Assembly: GCF_006345805.1 (NCBI RefSeq)
Contig: NW_021832319.1
Location: 1-28,045, forward strand
From: Octopus sinensis
Taxonomy: Eukaryota
Direction of reading: 5' to 3'
Length of the DNA stretch: 28,045 nucleotides
Shown here: positions 1-11,615 of the stretch, one piece after another
How the letters are laid out: each line of letters opens with the position of its first letter
Numbering within the stretch: position 1 is the first letter of the stretch
Position numbers and translations under genes: made by a program
The notes under the pieces: model-generated
The model's database searches: none
Seen by the model: the letters and a program-made list of their open reading frames with translations, nothing else
What the model was told of the DNA's origin: nothing

Positions 1-8
1 GAGCTAGT

Positions 9-235
9 CCTTCCAAATCAAATCAAATAAACACGTACATATAACTAAATCAACCACTTAAATTTTATTAATAAGAGATTCCATGATAGAATATACATTT
101 TTGTGTCTATTTCAGGTCCTTGTAAATTTGATGGGAAATTTTTTAACATCTTATTAATCCTCAATTAACACGTGAATGTGTTTAAAATTTTTACGATTTA
201 AAAAATTTTTTGTTCAGATTACATTCTTGATGTAG
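9..235 (+). repeat. Diverged dispersed repeat, copy 1 (similar to 1855-2085)
   Basis: Shared colinear blocks: ccttccaaatcaaat, ttattaa(t/g)aagagat(t/c)ccatg, tatacattttt and attacatt(c/t)(t/c)tgatgt. Confidence 0.55.
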
Positions 236-583
236 GCTGTAATAATTAAGACTTAATAACTAATTTTATTAAAAACTTAATCTCAGAATGAACAACATAA
301 GAATGAACAATAATATAAGAAAGAGCAACAAGAGCAACAACAATAAGGTCAAAAACGTGCAACCAATTATCTAATACAGTTGTTCTTTAAATTTTTTGCC
401 TTGCGTACACCTTGCTATCTAAATAATTTTTCGATTTAAAAAAATAAGGAACAAAATATTTAATTATTAAGATGAATGGTGTTGTTTATCAAACACTAAT
501 CTATCAATTTCTGGATCCTTTGACTAAAGATACACCATTTAGCCTCGCACGATGAACTGTTTTTAAACTAAACAACAAACTTA

Positions 584-646
584 ATTACCGATAATCGGCA
601 AAGTGGCCGATTACCGATTATCGGCCGATTAATCGGTGCACCTCTA
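584..646 (-). mobile_element. Orphan hAT-like transposon terminus with subterminal ccgat/atcgg palindromic repeats
   Basis: Reverse complement reads tagaggtgcaccgattaatcggccgataatcggtaatcggcc, resembling hAT ends. No partner end found in the window. Confidence 0.5.
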
Positions 647-648
647 CT

Positions 649-843
649 ATGAACCCATCTCATATCGAATCGTTTCCAACATTCCAATGCTTAATTTGCT
701 TAACCAATAACACTCGCAAGAAGGCGAGAAAGTGCTTTGACTGTAAGAGAAATGTCCACCTATCTTGTGTCGGCTTAACTAAGTTATCATCTACAGCCCT
801 CGCAATCTGGAAATGTCAAGCGTGTCACTGTATTAGATGTTAA
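649..843 (+). pseudogene. PHD-finger (C4HC3) fragment, probably transposon-derived (retrotransposon N-terminus)
   Basis: CLIC..CFDCKRNVHLSC..WKCQAC has PHD spacing. It starts right at the hAT end and is followed by another TE fragment. Confidence 0.6.
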
Positions 844-869
844 AATTCTCATCAAGATACAGACATTAA

Positions 870-990
870 CAAAATCAAATGCCATAAAAAATGGCTGCAT
901 TCAAAAATAAATTATCTCTATGGCGTCTGCAAACCAGCAATCTCACGAGTTTCCCAACCTTATTAAAAGGTGGTCAACAATTCAATGATT
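870..990 (+). mobile_element. hAT (Buster/Charlie-like) transposase C-terminal remnant
   Basis: MAAFKNKLSLWRLQTSNLTSFPTL matches the AFKxKLxLW...FPxL segment also present in the 16166-16750 ORF (KAFMKKLVLW...MFPLL). Confidence 0.5.
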
Positions 991-1854
991 GAACTACTCG
1001 ATATAAATAACTCTTTCAACTGCATCCGTCTGGACCACTTCCTCTCAGTTTGTCACAACCATGTTCATATTTTGTATCCAACTCTCCTCGTCTTAAATAT
1101 TAACCACCGTAATTTCCTTCCAAATAGTTTCTGAATGGAAGAGTCTTTAAATTTCTGAGAATTTCAAAAACACTGGCAAGATGTCATTAGTAAAAACTAT
1201 TATTCTATAAATATATATAATTTGAACATAATCAACTCAATTAATACAAAAAGAGAAGCTAAAATCATTTTGTAAAGTGATAAAAATTTGTTTTTAACTT
1301 GATTGATTTGAGTCTGGAACTACAATATAAAAATCAAAAATCGTGGAGAAGTTTTGCTGGCCGCAGACTCCAGGTAAACAATAAAATACAACGATGGGAG
1401 TCGGAAATGTATTTATTTTTAATCTTTTAAATAAAGACGGAGTTACAAAATTACATTTTTCAAAGAATTTGTTACCGGAATTTTCAGGGAATGTCCGTCT
1501 AATTAAACAAATTCTTGACAAATTGAGGTTTCATAAATATAGAGCAATTTTAGAACTATCCCAAACCGACTTTGAGTGAATAAGCAGAACTCTCCAAAAA
1601 TATTTTTAATAATCAATATTTTAAATTTCGTGAAAGCACTCTAGATATATTATGAAGCATAAAGGTGTTTTTGAAGATAGGATAAAGAAGAAAAAATCAT
1701 TTGAACCATCATCTCGGATAGTTCGCATATATAAATGACTCATATTAAAATAATACAAAAAAATTGACTTTGAAGGAATAAAATCGTAATAAATGATAAA
1801 AATATGAAATTTCAAATTCTTTAATCAGTAAAAGAAAGTTCATAAAGAATTATT

Positions 1855-2085
1855 CCTTCCAAATCAAATTAAATAAGAATGTGAAAAATACCGATAAATA
1901 ACACAAACTAAACCAATTACGTGTATCAGCGTGCTTAATTTATTAGGCTTTCTTTTAAAGATAGGTTAACCATAGTTTACTAACTGTAATTTTAATAAAA
2001 TAATTTTTATTTTTATTAAGAAGAGATCCCATGTAAACTATACATTTTTATTTGTTTGTTTAGTATTACATTTCTGATGTTATTG
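1855..2085 (+). repeat. Diverged dispersed repeat, copy 2 (similar to 9-235)
   Basis: Same blocks in the same order as 9-235, with an insertion. Confidence 0.55.
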
Positions 2086-4265
2086 GTACTTGCTGCTCGG
2101 CAAAAAACCACAAAATGGACTAAAAATGAAACCTCGGTGTTTCGTCTCGACTGACCACAGGGTTTTAATTATTTATTAATCGATCATCAATGTAAACAAA
2201 AATCGGCTTTTTACGTCTTAGTATTAGTCGGAAATGTATTTATTTTTTTAATCTTAAAAACGACATTGAGTTGTGAAAATGGTAAAGAACGGACCAAAAA
2301 CAACGCTTAATAAACAGTTGAGAATAGCAGACAGAGACATAGCCCTGCTCCTCCCTCCTTCAACTAACGTAATGTCACTTATTTCTCAACCTTTCGGACA
2401 ATTTCTCCAATTTATTTACAACTAACCCGGTCGTAAGTCGCTGAACTAACACAAAAACACAAACAATGATAGTCGTTATTGCCAAAGGCGTTTATGGGTT
2501 CGTAACTAACGAGAATTCTCTATTTTGCTTACAAATCAACTCGTAAAGTAAATCGAACAGTCGCACTGCACTCACCACTTCTGCAAATCGTCAACCAGAC
2601 AATCTCTGAGAGTACTTTCTATTACCATTAGTTTGCCTAAGAGTATTCGAAAATATCCCAAGTCACTCGATATTATAGCTATTCTCCCAAAAATGTCAGT
2701 TTCTTTAACAAATTTTTATGTTCTTGTTTAGTCTGGCCGAAAAAGACTCATGTCGGTGATGTTTCGCAGTTTCAGTTTGGACTCGTAAATATTTTAATTT
2801 TTACCAGGTATGTTCTATTTTACTCACAGTGATGGAGCATCAGGAAGCAAAGCAGACGAAGCGAAACCAAGCATTTGCCTGCTTGTATGCGTGTAAATTT
2901 TGGAATGCAAAAAGGGATTTTCAGTGAGTGATATTATTCGGATATTTTGGCAAAAAAGGTGTCCGTGAAAGGCAGAAGGCAGGTTATGGGAAATTGAGTT
3001 GGACCGTGACTTTTATTGTCCTGAAAACCACCTGTTTGACAGCATTGGACGACCAATGCTAAGGAATGTGATGGAAAACAGGTCTGCAAACACGGGAGTG
3101 CCGATGTGCCTAAATATCTCTGCCTCAACTACTCGGTATAGTCACTTTGTCATGCCACCCAGTCAAGTTCGTTGTTTTGAGTTCTAGAATTATTTCACTC
3201 GCTTCTCTAACATTACATCAAACTGAATGGCCTGTAGAATCACTTTGGTCGATATTGCCTCAATTGTGATGTCCACATGAGGACAGTTGAATGTTAGAGT
3301 CTATTGAATATAGTTTGAAAAGTTGAATTCGAGTTATCTGACTTATCTCAACCGCCAACTCACGGCTGCTCAATTTTCTTAACAAAGTAGGTCTTATTGA
3401 TCCACTTTTCTAGAACATGGATAAAAAACAAGTTTAAATTCAGACCAAAGGAGGAAAACACGTGTCATTTGGAACGATACAGTTAGCCCTGAGTATCTGA
3501 GACTGGCTATCTATATTTCTTTAATAAAATACAGCAGCAGGTAAACGAGTTTGATAAGAACTTTGTTAATAAATAAAAGACTATTTTCTTATGAGGAAAA
3601 GATTGGACTAATTTATACCATTTAAATGGACTTGAGTAAAGTTTAAATGTAACATATAGGTTCTTAAACATAACGAGTCAGTGCTTAGTGTTTTTCGATA
3701 TTGCGTAGATAAGACCACAAAAGGCAACGAACTGTAAGACCACACGAGTCTTCATCATTGATTGCGACAGTTTCTGATTCCCTCTGGACATGGCTGGTAG
3801 TATTTAATGCATATTTTTGATTTCTTAGTCACCAATGATGAGTTCATAGTTCTTATTACACATAGGCTGGTTCGCCGACAGTTGTAATTTCAGCGCATTA
3901 CAATATAACTTACAAATCTGAAAAGTGAATTGTATTTTTAAAATAATCCTCAAGTATGTAATTCACTGGTGTTAAAAGGCAATTTAAATTAATTATTAAC
4001 AAGCATGTAATCAGGACAATCAAGAGATCGACAAATTGTCAAAAGGACTCATTGTCAGCACAACTGTTTGTTTAGATTGTGAACCATTTGAGTATTAACT
4101 AAAAAATTCATAAAAATGCCTACCAGTCGGTCAAAATCATCAATGACCTGAAAATTTTGGCCCAATAACAATCCACAATTATTAAAATGATAGATATTAA
4201 TAAATCAGCTGGACTTGAGAGAAACGTTAATAAATCGGCTAATATTTTACAAAATGACAGACAAA

Positions 4266-4319
4266 GTAGGTAACTAAAAGAATAGTCGAGAGCCTAAATG
4301 TCAGTCCAACGACTCTGCG
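4266..4319 (-). repeat. Unclassified dispersed repeat motif, inverted copy of 25381-25440
   Basis: Reverse complement cgcagagtcgttggactgacatttaggctctcgactattcttttagttaccta aligns with cgcagtccgacgtagttgagctgacccttaggctctcgactacttttctaccttaccta. Confidence 0.6.
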
Positions 4320-4557
4320 ATGCATATTGAGCGAGATTCGCTGAAAAAACAGCTAGTCTTTTTCCGATCGTTAGTTTTCGTCAAACTTTTACGGCCAATG
4401 TCTGAATGAAGTTAAGTTCGCAGCCTTGCTGAACATTTCAGAGGTTCCAAAGAGTTTTTTTCAAAGGACTACTAATAAAACAGCCAAATGTAGAAAAACT
4501 TGTTTCTAAATTCATACAACGTTGATTGTGGTATAAATGAGTTTATTTTTTCTATTT

Positions 4558-4660
4558 CTTATTCCAAAATTACTTTAGAATCGTCCCCCCTCAGAATCGC
4601 TATGGAGATTCTTTTGAATCGCTTGATTTCTATCTTCCTTGTGGGTGTCCCCATATCGCA
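4558..4660 (-). mobile_element. Degenerate CRE-type RLE endonuclease C-terminal remnant
   Basis: KRISIAILRGD resembles QRFSIAVIRGN in the CRE ORF at 27108-27389. Confidence 0.35.
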
Positions 4661-4999
4661 ATAAGTTTTTTTTTAATTTAAAGATGTTTAGAGAATTTGG
4701 GCTGATGTGTGATTAATTCTCTTTGGGATATGAACATCTGACCATTAAAAGACATTTTCCAAGTTTATTCGTTTAATTTTATGTAAGATAAACAAACAGG
4801 CTAAAGTATAATCGGGCACTATCCATATTCTAGCTTTATTCGTTTATAAGTAAATATAGTAGCAGGAGTAAAGGAATCTCCTTTTGTATAATTCAATCAT
4901 GTTATCAAAATTGGTAAAAAAAATAGTCGAGTTTATGTAATTTTTTGATTTTTGTCAGAAGTTGCTGAATTTTTTAGTTGATTGAGCGAAAATAAAATT

Positions 5000-5617
5000 T
5001 TTAATAGTAAAAATTATCATTTTATTAAATAATAAACTTATGATTAAGTTAAAATCTGGTGTACCTCCCTATATTAAACAATAAAATCTTAACCAATAAC
5101 ACTGATATTTTCAAACACATTTTTATATTCAAATTCAATAATATTTTTCACCATTTTACTATCACTTTATATTCATTTAAATTACACTGATTTTAAGGAC
5201 TTTAGTCCAGCAAATGCGTCTTTTTGAATTTCTGAAATATGATTTCTGATTAAAATTCTTAAATATTTTTATCTTTTTACATTTCCTGCAGATTCTTCAA
5301 ATTTTTCAATCCAAAAGGTTGAAACAATTTTACATTGGAGCTAAGAATCAGCCTGATTTAAATTAAGTTATCACAAAAACATTTTAATAACTTTTTGACA
5401 GTCTTTAAAAAATGTTGAATTTATGGCCACAATTCGAGAATTTTGAATCAAACTTAATTACTTTAAAAATATAAAACATTTGTTTTGTGTCTTCTCTGCA
5501 TTTGATTGAATTTTGTTTATCAGAGGCGGGAAACGAGCAAACAAGTGAATGGGAGATGTCCCAACAGGCACGTGTACTTGTTATTTGAATAATATGTATA
5601 AAAATAATATAAATCAT
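5000..5617 (-). CDS. Signal peptide + LRR protein (LGR-ectodomain-like), paralog 1; 3' end unresolved
   Basis: Signal peptide and Cys cap (MIYIIFIHIIQITSTRA-CWDISHSLVCSF). GT-AG phase-2 introns at 5453-5477 (25 nt), 5353-5380 (28), 5258-5280 (23) and 5165-5185 (21) delimit three exact 72-nt LRR exons: LIQNSRIVAINSTFFKDCQKVIKM, LILSSNVKLFQPFGLKNLKNLQEI, ILIRNHISEIQKDAFAGLKSLKSV. A fifth intron at 5069-5093 follows a 71-nt exon. Confidence 0.78.
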
Positions 5618-6549
5618 TAATTAATAGTCTAATTAATTGTTATATATTTTTAAAATGTAGCAGATACTAAATAATTATAAATAATTACCAAGTAACAGAT
5701 TGCGTTGTTAATTATATTTAGATTTTTTTTTAATTTTTAATGTTATCTTTATAATTATTTTTTTATATACTGGTTAACCTTTTTAAAATACTGGGACCTT
5801 AACAACATGTTGGTTTTTATGTTCTCTGCAGTAGGTCAACGTCTCATCAGATGGTTCTATGTATAAAATAGCCTGAAGTACTGCAGAGCATGTTGATTGG
5901 CCAACTCGGTTCTTGTCTTTGAGAACAAAAACCTTTTCGAAGATTCGGAAATGCTAGAAATCACGTTTCACGACAATTTTTGCCTTCCAATAACTTAAAA
6001 GACTGTTTGAGACAGTCTTTATTCACCAACAGTCTTAGACGATGCCGTTTATTTCTATAGATTTTAGAACTGTCCATATCATTGGGAATGGCCTGTTTAT
6101 TCGACAAAGCTATTCGATTTATTGACTGTTGTAAGAAAGCCACTTTTGTCAAATAGGTCAGTGTGATTGAGGTAGGGAGGAGTTGAGGAGGTACTGATCG
6201 GAAAAATCTAGGAACTCCCCCAAACAAATAATTAAGTCTCCAGGAAATAAAAAAATCAATTTTTATATTATTAAATAGAATGGCTAAACATTTGTAAGTA
6301 TTGAAACATTCCCTGATTTAGTTTGTTTTGTCTGACTCCCTATTTGTCGTCCCAAAAACGTGTGTTTTTAAATGTTAGAACATATTAAAGGGGCAATTAT
6401 TATAAATATTTGTATTAGTTTTTCTAAATCATTATCCCGTGCTTTTCTATTAATTCGAAATTAAATTGTTTTGTGTGTACCTAAACAAAAGATTTTCTGA
6501 TAATATTAAAAAATATTTGTTAATTGTATTTAATATTTATGAATGTCTG

Positions 6550-7280
6550 ATAAATTATGAAAATCGGCTTATGATTAATCAAATATTTACAAAAAATTCG
6601 AAAATGTTTGAAAGGCCTATTAGCATCAAAGTATCACAATTGATAGCGAAATCAGGAAAATTTCATACTATTGGGGAGTTTTTAATATTACCAGCTGTCA
6701 AAGAAGTGTTATGATTGTGATTCTGAACAGATATTTTAATCAATTTCTTTGAGTAATAGTTCAGTCTCTTTCAGAATTGATGAAATGGCATCTGATATTT
6801 AACCTTATGTGCATTTTTAAGAACAACAAAATTTTCGATTCAAATTGATGAATCGACATTTACAGATACTGTTTCACTTTATTAATTTACGTACGTTATA
6901 TTAATCAAATAATTTAATCGAAAAAGAATTTTTATCTTCTGAACACCTTGGACTCAAAACAAGAGGGGTTAACAATTTTTGAAACTGTTGAACAATATTT
7001 GTGGAGACATGAATTACTCCTTATCAATATTATTACTTGTTCAACAGATGGAGCACCTGCGATGGTTAAAGTTCATCGTGGGTTTTTGGGATATATGAAG
7101 GAGAAAGTACCAAATATTTTTAACAATCCATTGCGTCATTCACAGACAGCATTTAGCAGCAAAAAATTTAGGTGAAGGACTAAAAGAATTATTAAATGTA
7201 GTTATCTGTGCAATAAATCGTGTTAAAATGCATCCGAGAATATTTCAACTTATATGTAAACAAAACGATGAGCATTATGA
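6550..7280 (+). mobile_element. Degraded hAT (Buster/Charlie, ZBED5/SCAND3-like) transposase
   Basis: Motifs KSGKFHTIGEFLILPAVKE, SLSNSSVSFRIDEMA, FSIQIDEST, CSTDGAPAM and HCVIHRQHL. True in-frame stops and several shifts; no TIR seen. Confidence 0.88.
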
Positions 7281-7905
7281 ACTGAGCAAGCTGTGGACAG
7301 TAGAGATGAGTGTCTCCTAATGTAGAGGATTGGAGAAATGTAGTGGTTTTCAATTCATTCACACAAACGTATTTGAAACGAATATAAAATTATCATACTT
7401 GTAATATCACATTAAATGCAGAGCTTTTCCAAAACACTTTATCTTCAGAATATTCTACTCTATTTTCTCAGAACTAAAGATATAGTTTTATCCTAATATG
7501 ACGTTCTTGTCTGTCCTTCAGGTAGACTATATATGCAATGAGCCCCAATGGGACTATACTCAATACTTACTGATATTGAATTCCTAAGCAGTGTGTGGCA
7601 ACAGATACTATTTAATAAAATTTTGATAAATATCGGGAAAAGATCGGATCGGCAAACATCAAAAAAAATATTCCCAAGCGTCATCCTAGAAGCAGTTGAC
7701 TACAGATAAGCCTGTAGAGAGTTATAAACACAACTGTCATTCCATGGTACATCAGCATAGCTCGTTACGCATTTTTGCCTCAGAAAATGTTAATGAAATG
7801 ACTGAAAAACAACTGAATCAGTTCAAACATTAATTAAATTCCAGTAAAATATACTTTTTTGGTTGGGTTATAGTTTTATATTTTTTGTGTTGAATTTAGG
7901 AAGGA

Positions 7906-8075
7906 TCAAGCCACCTCCTCAATTCCATAATCAAGTTTTAAAAATGGCCTTGGAATTTCATAAAGATTTTTGAAGTCTTTGCTCACTCTAACGGCCATTC
8001 CTGAGTACAAAGTGCTTCCACCCGAAAAGACTACGTTGGAGTAGAGATTCTTTCAAATACTGGTCATCCAAATAA
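7906..8075 (-). pseudogene. Actin/actin-related protein fragment
   Basis: I*KNLYSNVVFSGGSTLYSGMAVRVSKDF vs the actin motif [29 protein letters not shown]. In-frame TGA; no flanking actin sequence found. Confidence 0.7.
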
Positions 8076-8329
8076 TACAAATTGGCCATTACCAACGATC
8101 GAGACTATACACCTAATTAAACAATCAAACTTAAATGAATGATTAAAAACATGTTTAATAAAATTTTGAAATATATTTGTTGTTATTTATTGGTTCGTAT
8201 TTTCTTTTACAATATATCGAGGAATGGCAATTGGTGATGTTTACAGTCTCGAAAAATTACATTTTCTATAAATCGACTTTTTTAATGTATTTCAATTTAT
8301 AAGTTTTTCACAAATTTCATCTGAAGTTA

Positions 8330-8860
8330 CAAATTATTTTTATGTTAATCTTTTAATGTACAATCCCGTTTCATTGCAGTTAAAAATATTTTCAATGCCA
8401 TAGTTATTAAAATAGTCATCGTACTTATCAAAAAAATTCCAAGGCAAGAAATAGCACACGATTTTTTTCACTTTGTATTATTTCAAATGACAAATTGTGT
8501 CTTTTCTTAAATTTTCAAGCCAACCATTCGAACCTCTGAATGAGGTATAGTTCAAATTCCTACCTACTTTTATAGCAACGTTTTTAAAAATAGGTCCTAA
8601 AACGGAAATTTTGCTTTTAAGAAGCATTCATAAACAATTTTATCAAATTTCTGCGACAGACTGTCTCTTATCTGTGAAATTTGACTAAGACGATATGATT
8701 GTACGGACCCATTATTTAAAGAGTTCTTGTTATTTTGTTTAATTCTAAATACTGCTCTCAAACAATAGAATTATCAGATAACCTTTACTAGTTTTATATT
8801 TTTTGACAATATCTCGTTCGCTCATGAAACAATTTTGGGACAATTTTAAGCTTTAACTCC
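8330..8860 (-). mobile_element. Tigger/pogo (CENP-B-like) transposase remnant
   Basis: SERDIVKKYKTSKG (HTH), GPIFKNVAIKVG..FRGSNGWLEN / KRHNLSF (CENP-B HTH) and YGIENIFNCNETGL (DDE start), colinear but disrupted. Confidence 0.75.
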
Positions 8861-9329
8861 AGAATAAGCTTTCTTCCCGTGACATCAAAACGCAAATCTA
8901 GCAAGCAAAGTTTGAGAAAAATTTATATAATTAAACTTAATATTAATTCCAAGACTTTATATAAATTAAATTCAGTGTGTAGAATAAGTGGTGGCCCGAC
9001 ATAATAAAGAATTCTTTGGAATAAATTTGTGATTTCTGCAGAAGATTTGGTCAACGACAGTTCAAGCATTACATATTTTGAAAAAGAATCCCCAATTACC
9101 GAAATCTATTTTAAAAGAATATTTTCTGAGGTCAATTAAATCCGCAATGTATCAGTCCCTAAATCTTCATCAATGATTGGCGTAATTAGGGGCTTCGTAG
9201 ACAATATTTTTTTCGACTAAGAATATTTACTAAAATGAGTTATTACCTGACAGAAAGCACAAAACGAAATCACCTTAGATATTTCTTCTTTGAATGAATG
9301 AATGAATTTTTTATTAAAACGGAAAAGCC

Positions 9330-9700
9330 GGAAAAAAGAGAGAGAAAGTTAATGAGACAACGTATGCCTCTTCTCCGTTGTTTCCCTCTTTTTTTATGTT
9401 TAATTAGAGATTCGAGAGATTCCAACTCTTGAAGGATGGGTTGGTCCAGCTGGAGTCCATTTGCCAATTTGATGGCATATCGTCTCGTCTTTTCGAGCTT
9501 TGCGATAATGCCATCCCTCTCAGCAGTAGGGTACCATAATGGTTCGACGCACGTTTTATAAACATATAAAAACGTTTCCGGACAAAGGTGGAAGTGAATT
9601 ATGCTCCTGAGAATTTGAGCGCATTTCTTTCTCCTCGAGTCGATGTATTTCTTCTTTATTCAATCCATAATGGAGATTTCCTAATTTTGAAAAAGGCGGT
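9330..9700 (-). mobile_element. CR1/L2-like LINE reverse-transcriptase C-terminal remnant
   Basis: TFLYVYKTCVEPLWYP...IIAKLEKTRRYAIKLANGL...LESL resembles the LYKxxVRP..W.P..I..LE..QR motif. Confidence 0.5.
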
Positions 9701-10649
9701 TTTTCCCCAAGTGGTTATAGTTATGTTTTACCTAACTTTAATTTATTAAGTTGCACCTCAACACACCCAAGCTTTAATTCGAATTCATCTTCACAGAAAA
9801 AACATAATTTTAGCCCATTTTTTAGAAAATATGTTTTTTTCATTTTCAAAATCAAAAGTCATTCCCAATTTCGTATTTGAGTAATTCTAGATATTTCGTA
9901 AATATTTTATATGCAATCAAAAATTAAATTATCAAGATAAAATGTTAATTTTTCACAGTCGCAAAAATCGAGCGACTTTTGAGCGATCATTACACCGGAG
10001 GTGTCCACATAAACAGATTTAACGATAAGAATTACTTGTATGCTGCTATTTGGCTTTTAAAACTGATTTGCTAATACTAGGCACATTTGAGGACATTAAA
10101 ATTGTTTTTTTAGTTATAATAAAAAGACACAAAATACATAGATTACAAAAATTGTCGAGGAAATAAATTTTCTCTCAAATTTCAAAGTAAAAATTCATTT
10201 TACAAAAACGTCAATAAAAAATTAAATTTTATTTCCAAAATAATGTCGAAGAACAGGAAATAAAAGATGGCCAATTATTAATGTTCCGTTTTACGCGTCT
10301 CCATTTTCATGTAGTAACTTCAGAGCTCACCTTGGCCGCAAATACGTTGTTTCACTTTGATATCGTCATATTCCGTGAAGATTTATTTGATGAAAGTGTT
10401 AATTAGAGTCTATCAAATTCCCTTTGATAGCTCACAAGTAGAAAATACAAAAATAAACGAATACAGTGTTCATGTTTTCAGTTCACAAGACGTAGATAGT
10501 GGTTGTTGGTATGTGGTTGAAGGCAATGATTTACAAACAAGGAAGTTGTGCAATGACACGGAGTTCTAATAATTTGTTAAAAATGAATTTTGTTATTCGA
10601 CCTGTCATTGTTTTAGCGCCACCATCTCATGTTCATAAACGACATTAAA

Positions 10650-11265
10650 CTGTTCGCTCGGACTTTAGAGATCCTCCACTCGATGGGGAAAGCCTTGGAA
10701 GGTTTTATGAAGGCCGTGGATCTGGAACTCAACTAAAAGTCGGCGACTAACACTCCTGTGTGCGGTGACCTAGTCAAAGTCTTGGAGGAGCACCAAGGGT
10801 ATTAGTCACAAGAAAACCACGTCCACTTCTTTGCAAGCAATCAGGAGAGATTATACTTGTCTCGCGGGCAGCTAGGACATGGACTGAGTAACATCGTACA
10901 CTTAAGTGAGCGAATTCTTACTAAGATGCACGACACCTTGTGGAGTGGGTTAAGTGAATCCCAAAGGAAGGCTGACATCCTTCCTGTTGAAAAAACGCGT
11001 GGTACACAGCGAGGGACCATAAAAGACTACATGTCGGCTAAGTATGGTCTGGGTGCTACCCAAGTTAATGTGAAGGAGTTGATCAATTTTCAGAGGGAAT
11101 CGCTAATAAAAAGATCAACTTAAAAATCATTTACAAGACTCTTTTTAGAAGTCTGGGAAACCCGCACATTGACGTATCGTCGTCATCAACGTGGCTGAAA
11201 TATGGGAATAACTCTCCCCGATCAGAAGGGTTATTCTCATATTTGCAGGATAGAAACTTTTAATG
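10650..11265 (+). mobile_element. R4/Dong-like (RLE-type) non-LTR retrotransposon, RT C-terminal remnant
   Basis: KSATNTPVCGDLVKVLEEHQGY, ERLYLSRGQLGHGLSNIVHLSERIL and SSTWLKYGNNSPRSEGLFSYLQDRNF; internal deletion and stops. Confidence 0.75.
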
Positions 11266-11615
11266 GTCAACAGAAAAAATGGGAATCACTGTAAAAGTAA
11301 GGCGATGAGCGTTTAGCCACGATAAAGAACTTTTAGCTAATGTTGAGAATAAACATGAAGTTTTTCTAATTTCTCAATTAACAAATTACAAAGCAAATAT
11401 TGGAAAATAACAATTAGAAAGCACATTTTATTTTAATTAGACTAAAAGTCATTTTTGTTCATTAAAGCCATTTCTTTAATTATTTATATTCTAAAATTAT
11501 TGATTTGTTTTTTCAAATTGGCCACAAAATTTTAAGGGCCAATTTCTTATTAACATAAGAAGATATCAATTATAATAGATTTTATTTTTATTTAATTAAA
11601 AGTAATTTCTTGAAC

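Noticed and set aside
286-345. Hydrophobic minus-strand frame resembling a channel helix (HVFDLIVVAL)
   Set aside because: It arises from a degenerate gaacaa/gagcaacaa tandem tract; there are flanking stops and no further channel exons.
2640-2790. Weak Gypsy-RT-like peptide (DMSLFGQTKQEHKNLL)
   Set aside because: The YxDD motif is absent and the similarity is too short.
5780-6290. Possible minus-strand gene joining ORF 5961-6227 through a 21-nt intron (5954-5974)
   Set aside because: The splice is feasible but there is no recognisable domain, no secure start, and GT-AG pairs of this size occur by chance.
9840-10620. Possible plus-strand tiny-intron gene including ORF 10357-10569
   Set aside because: I could not build a consistent stop-free exon chain or recognise a family.
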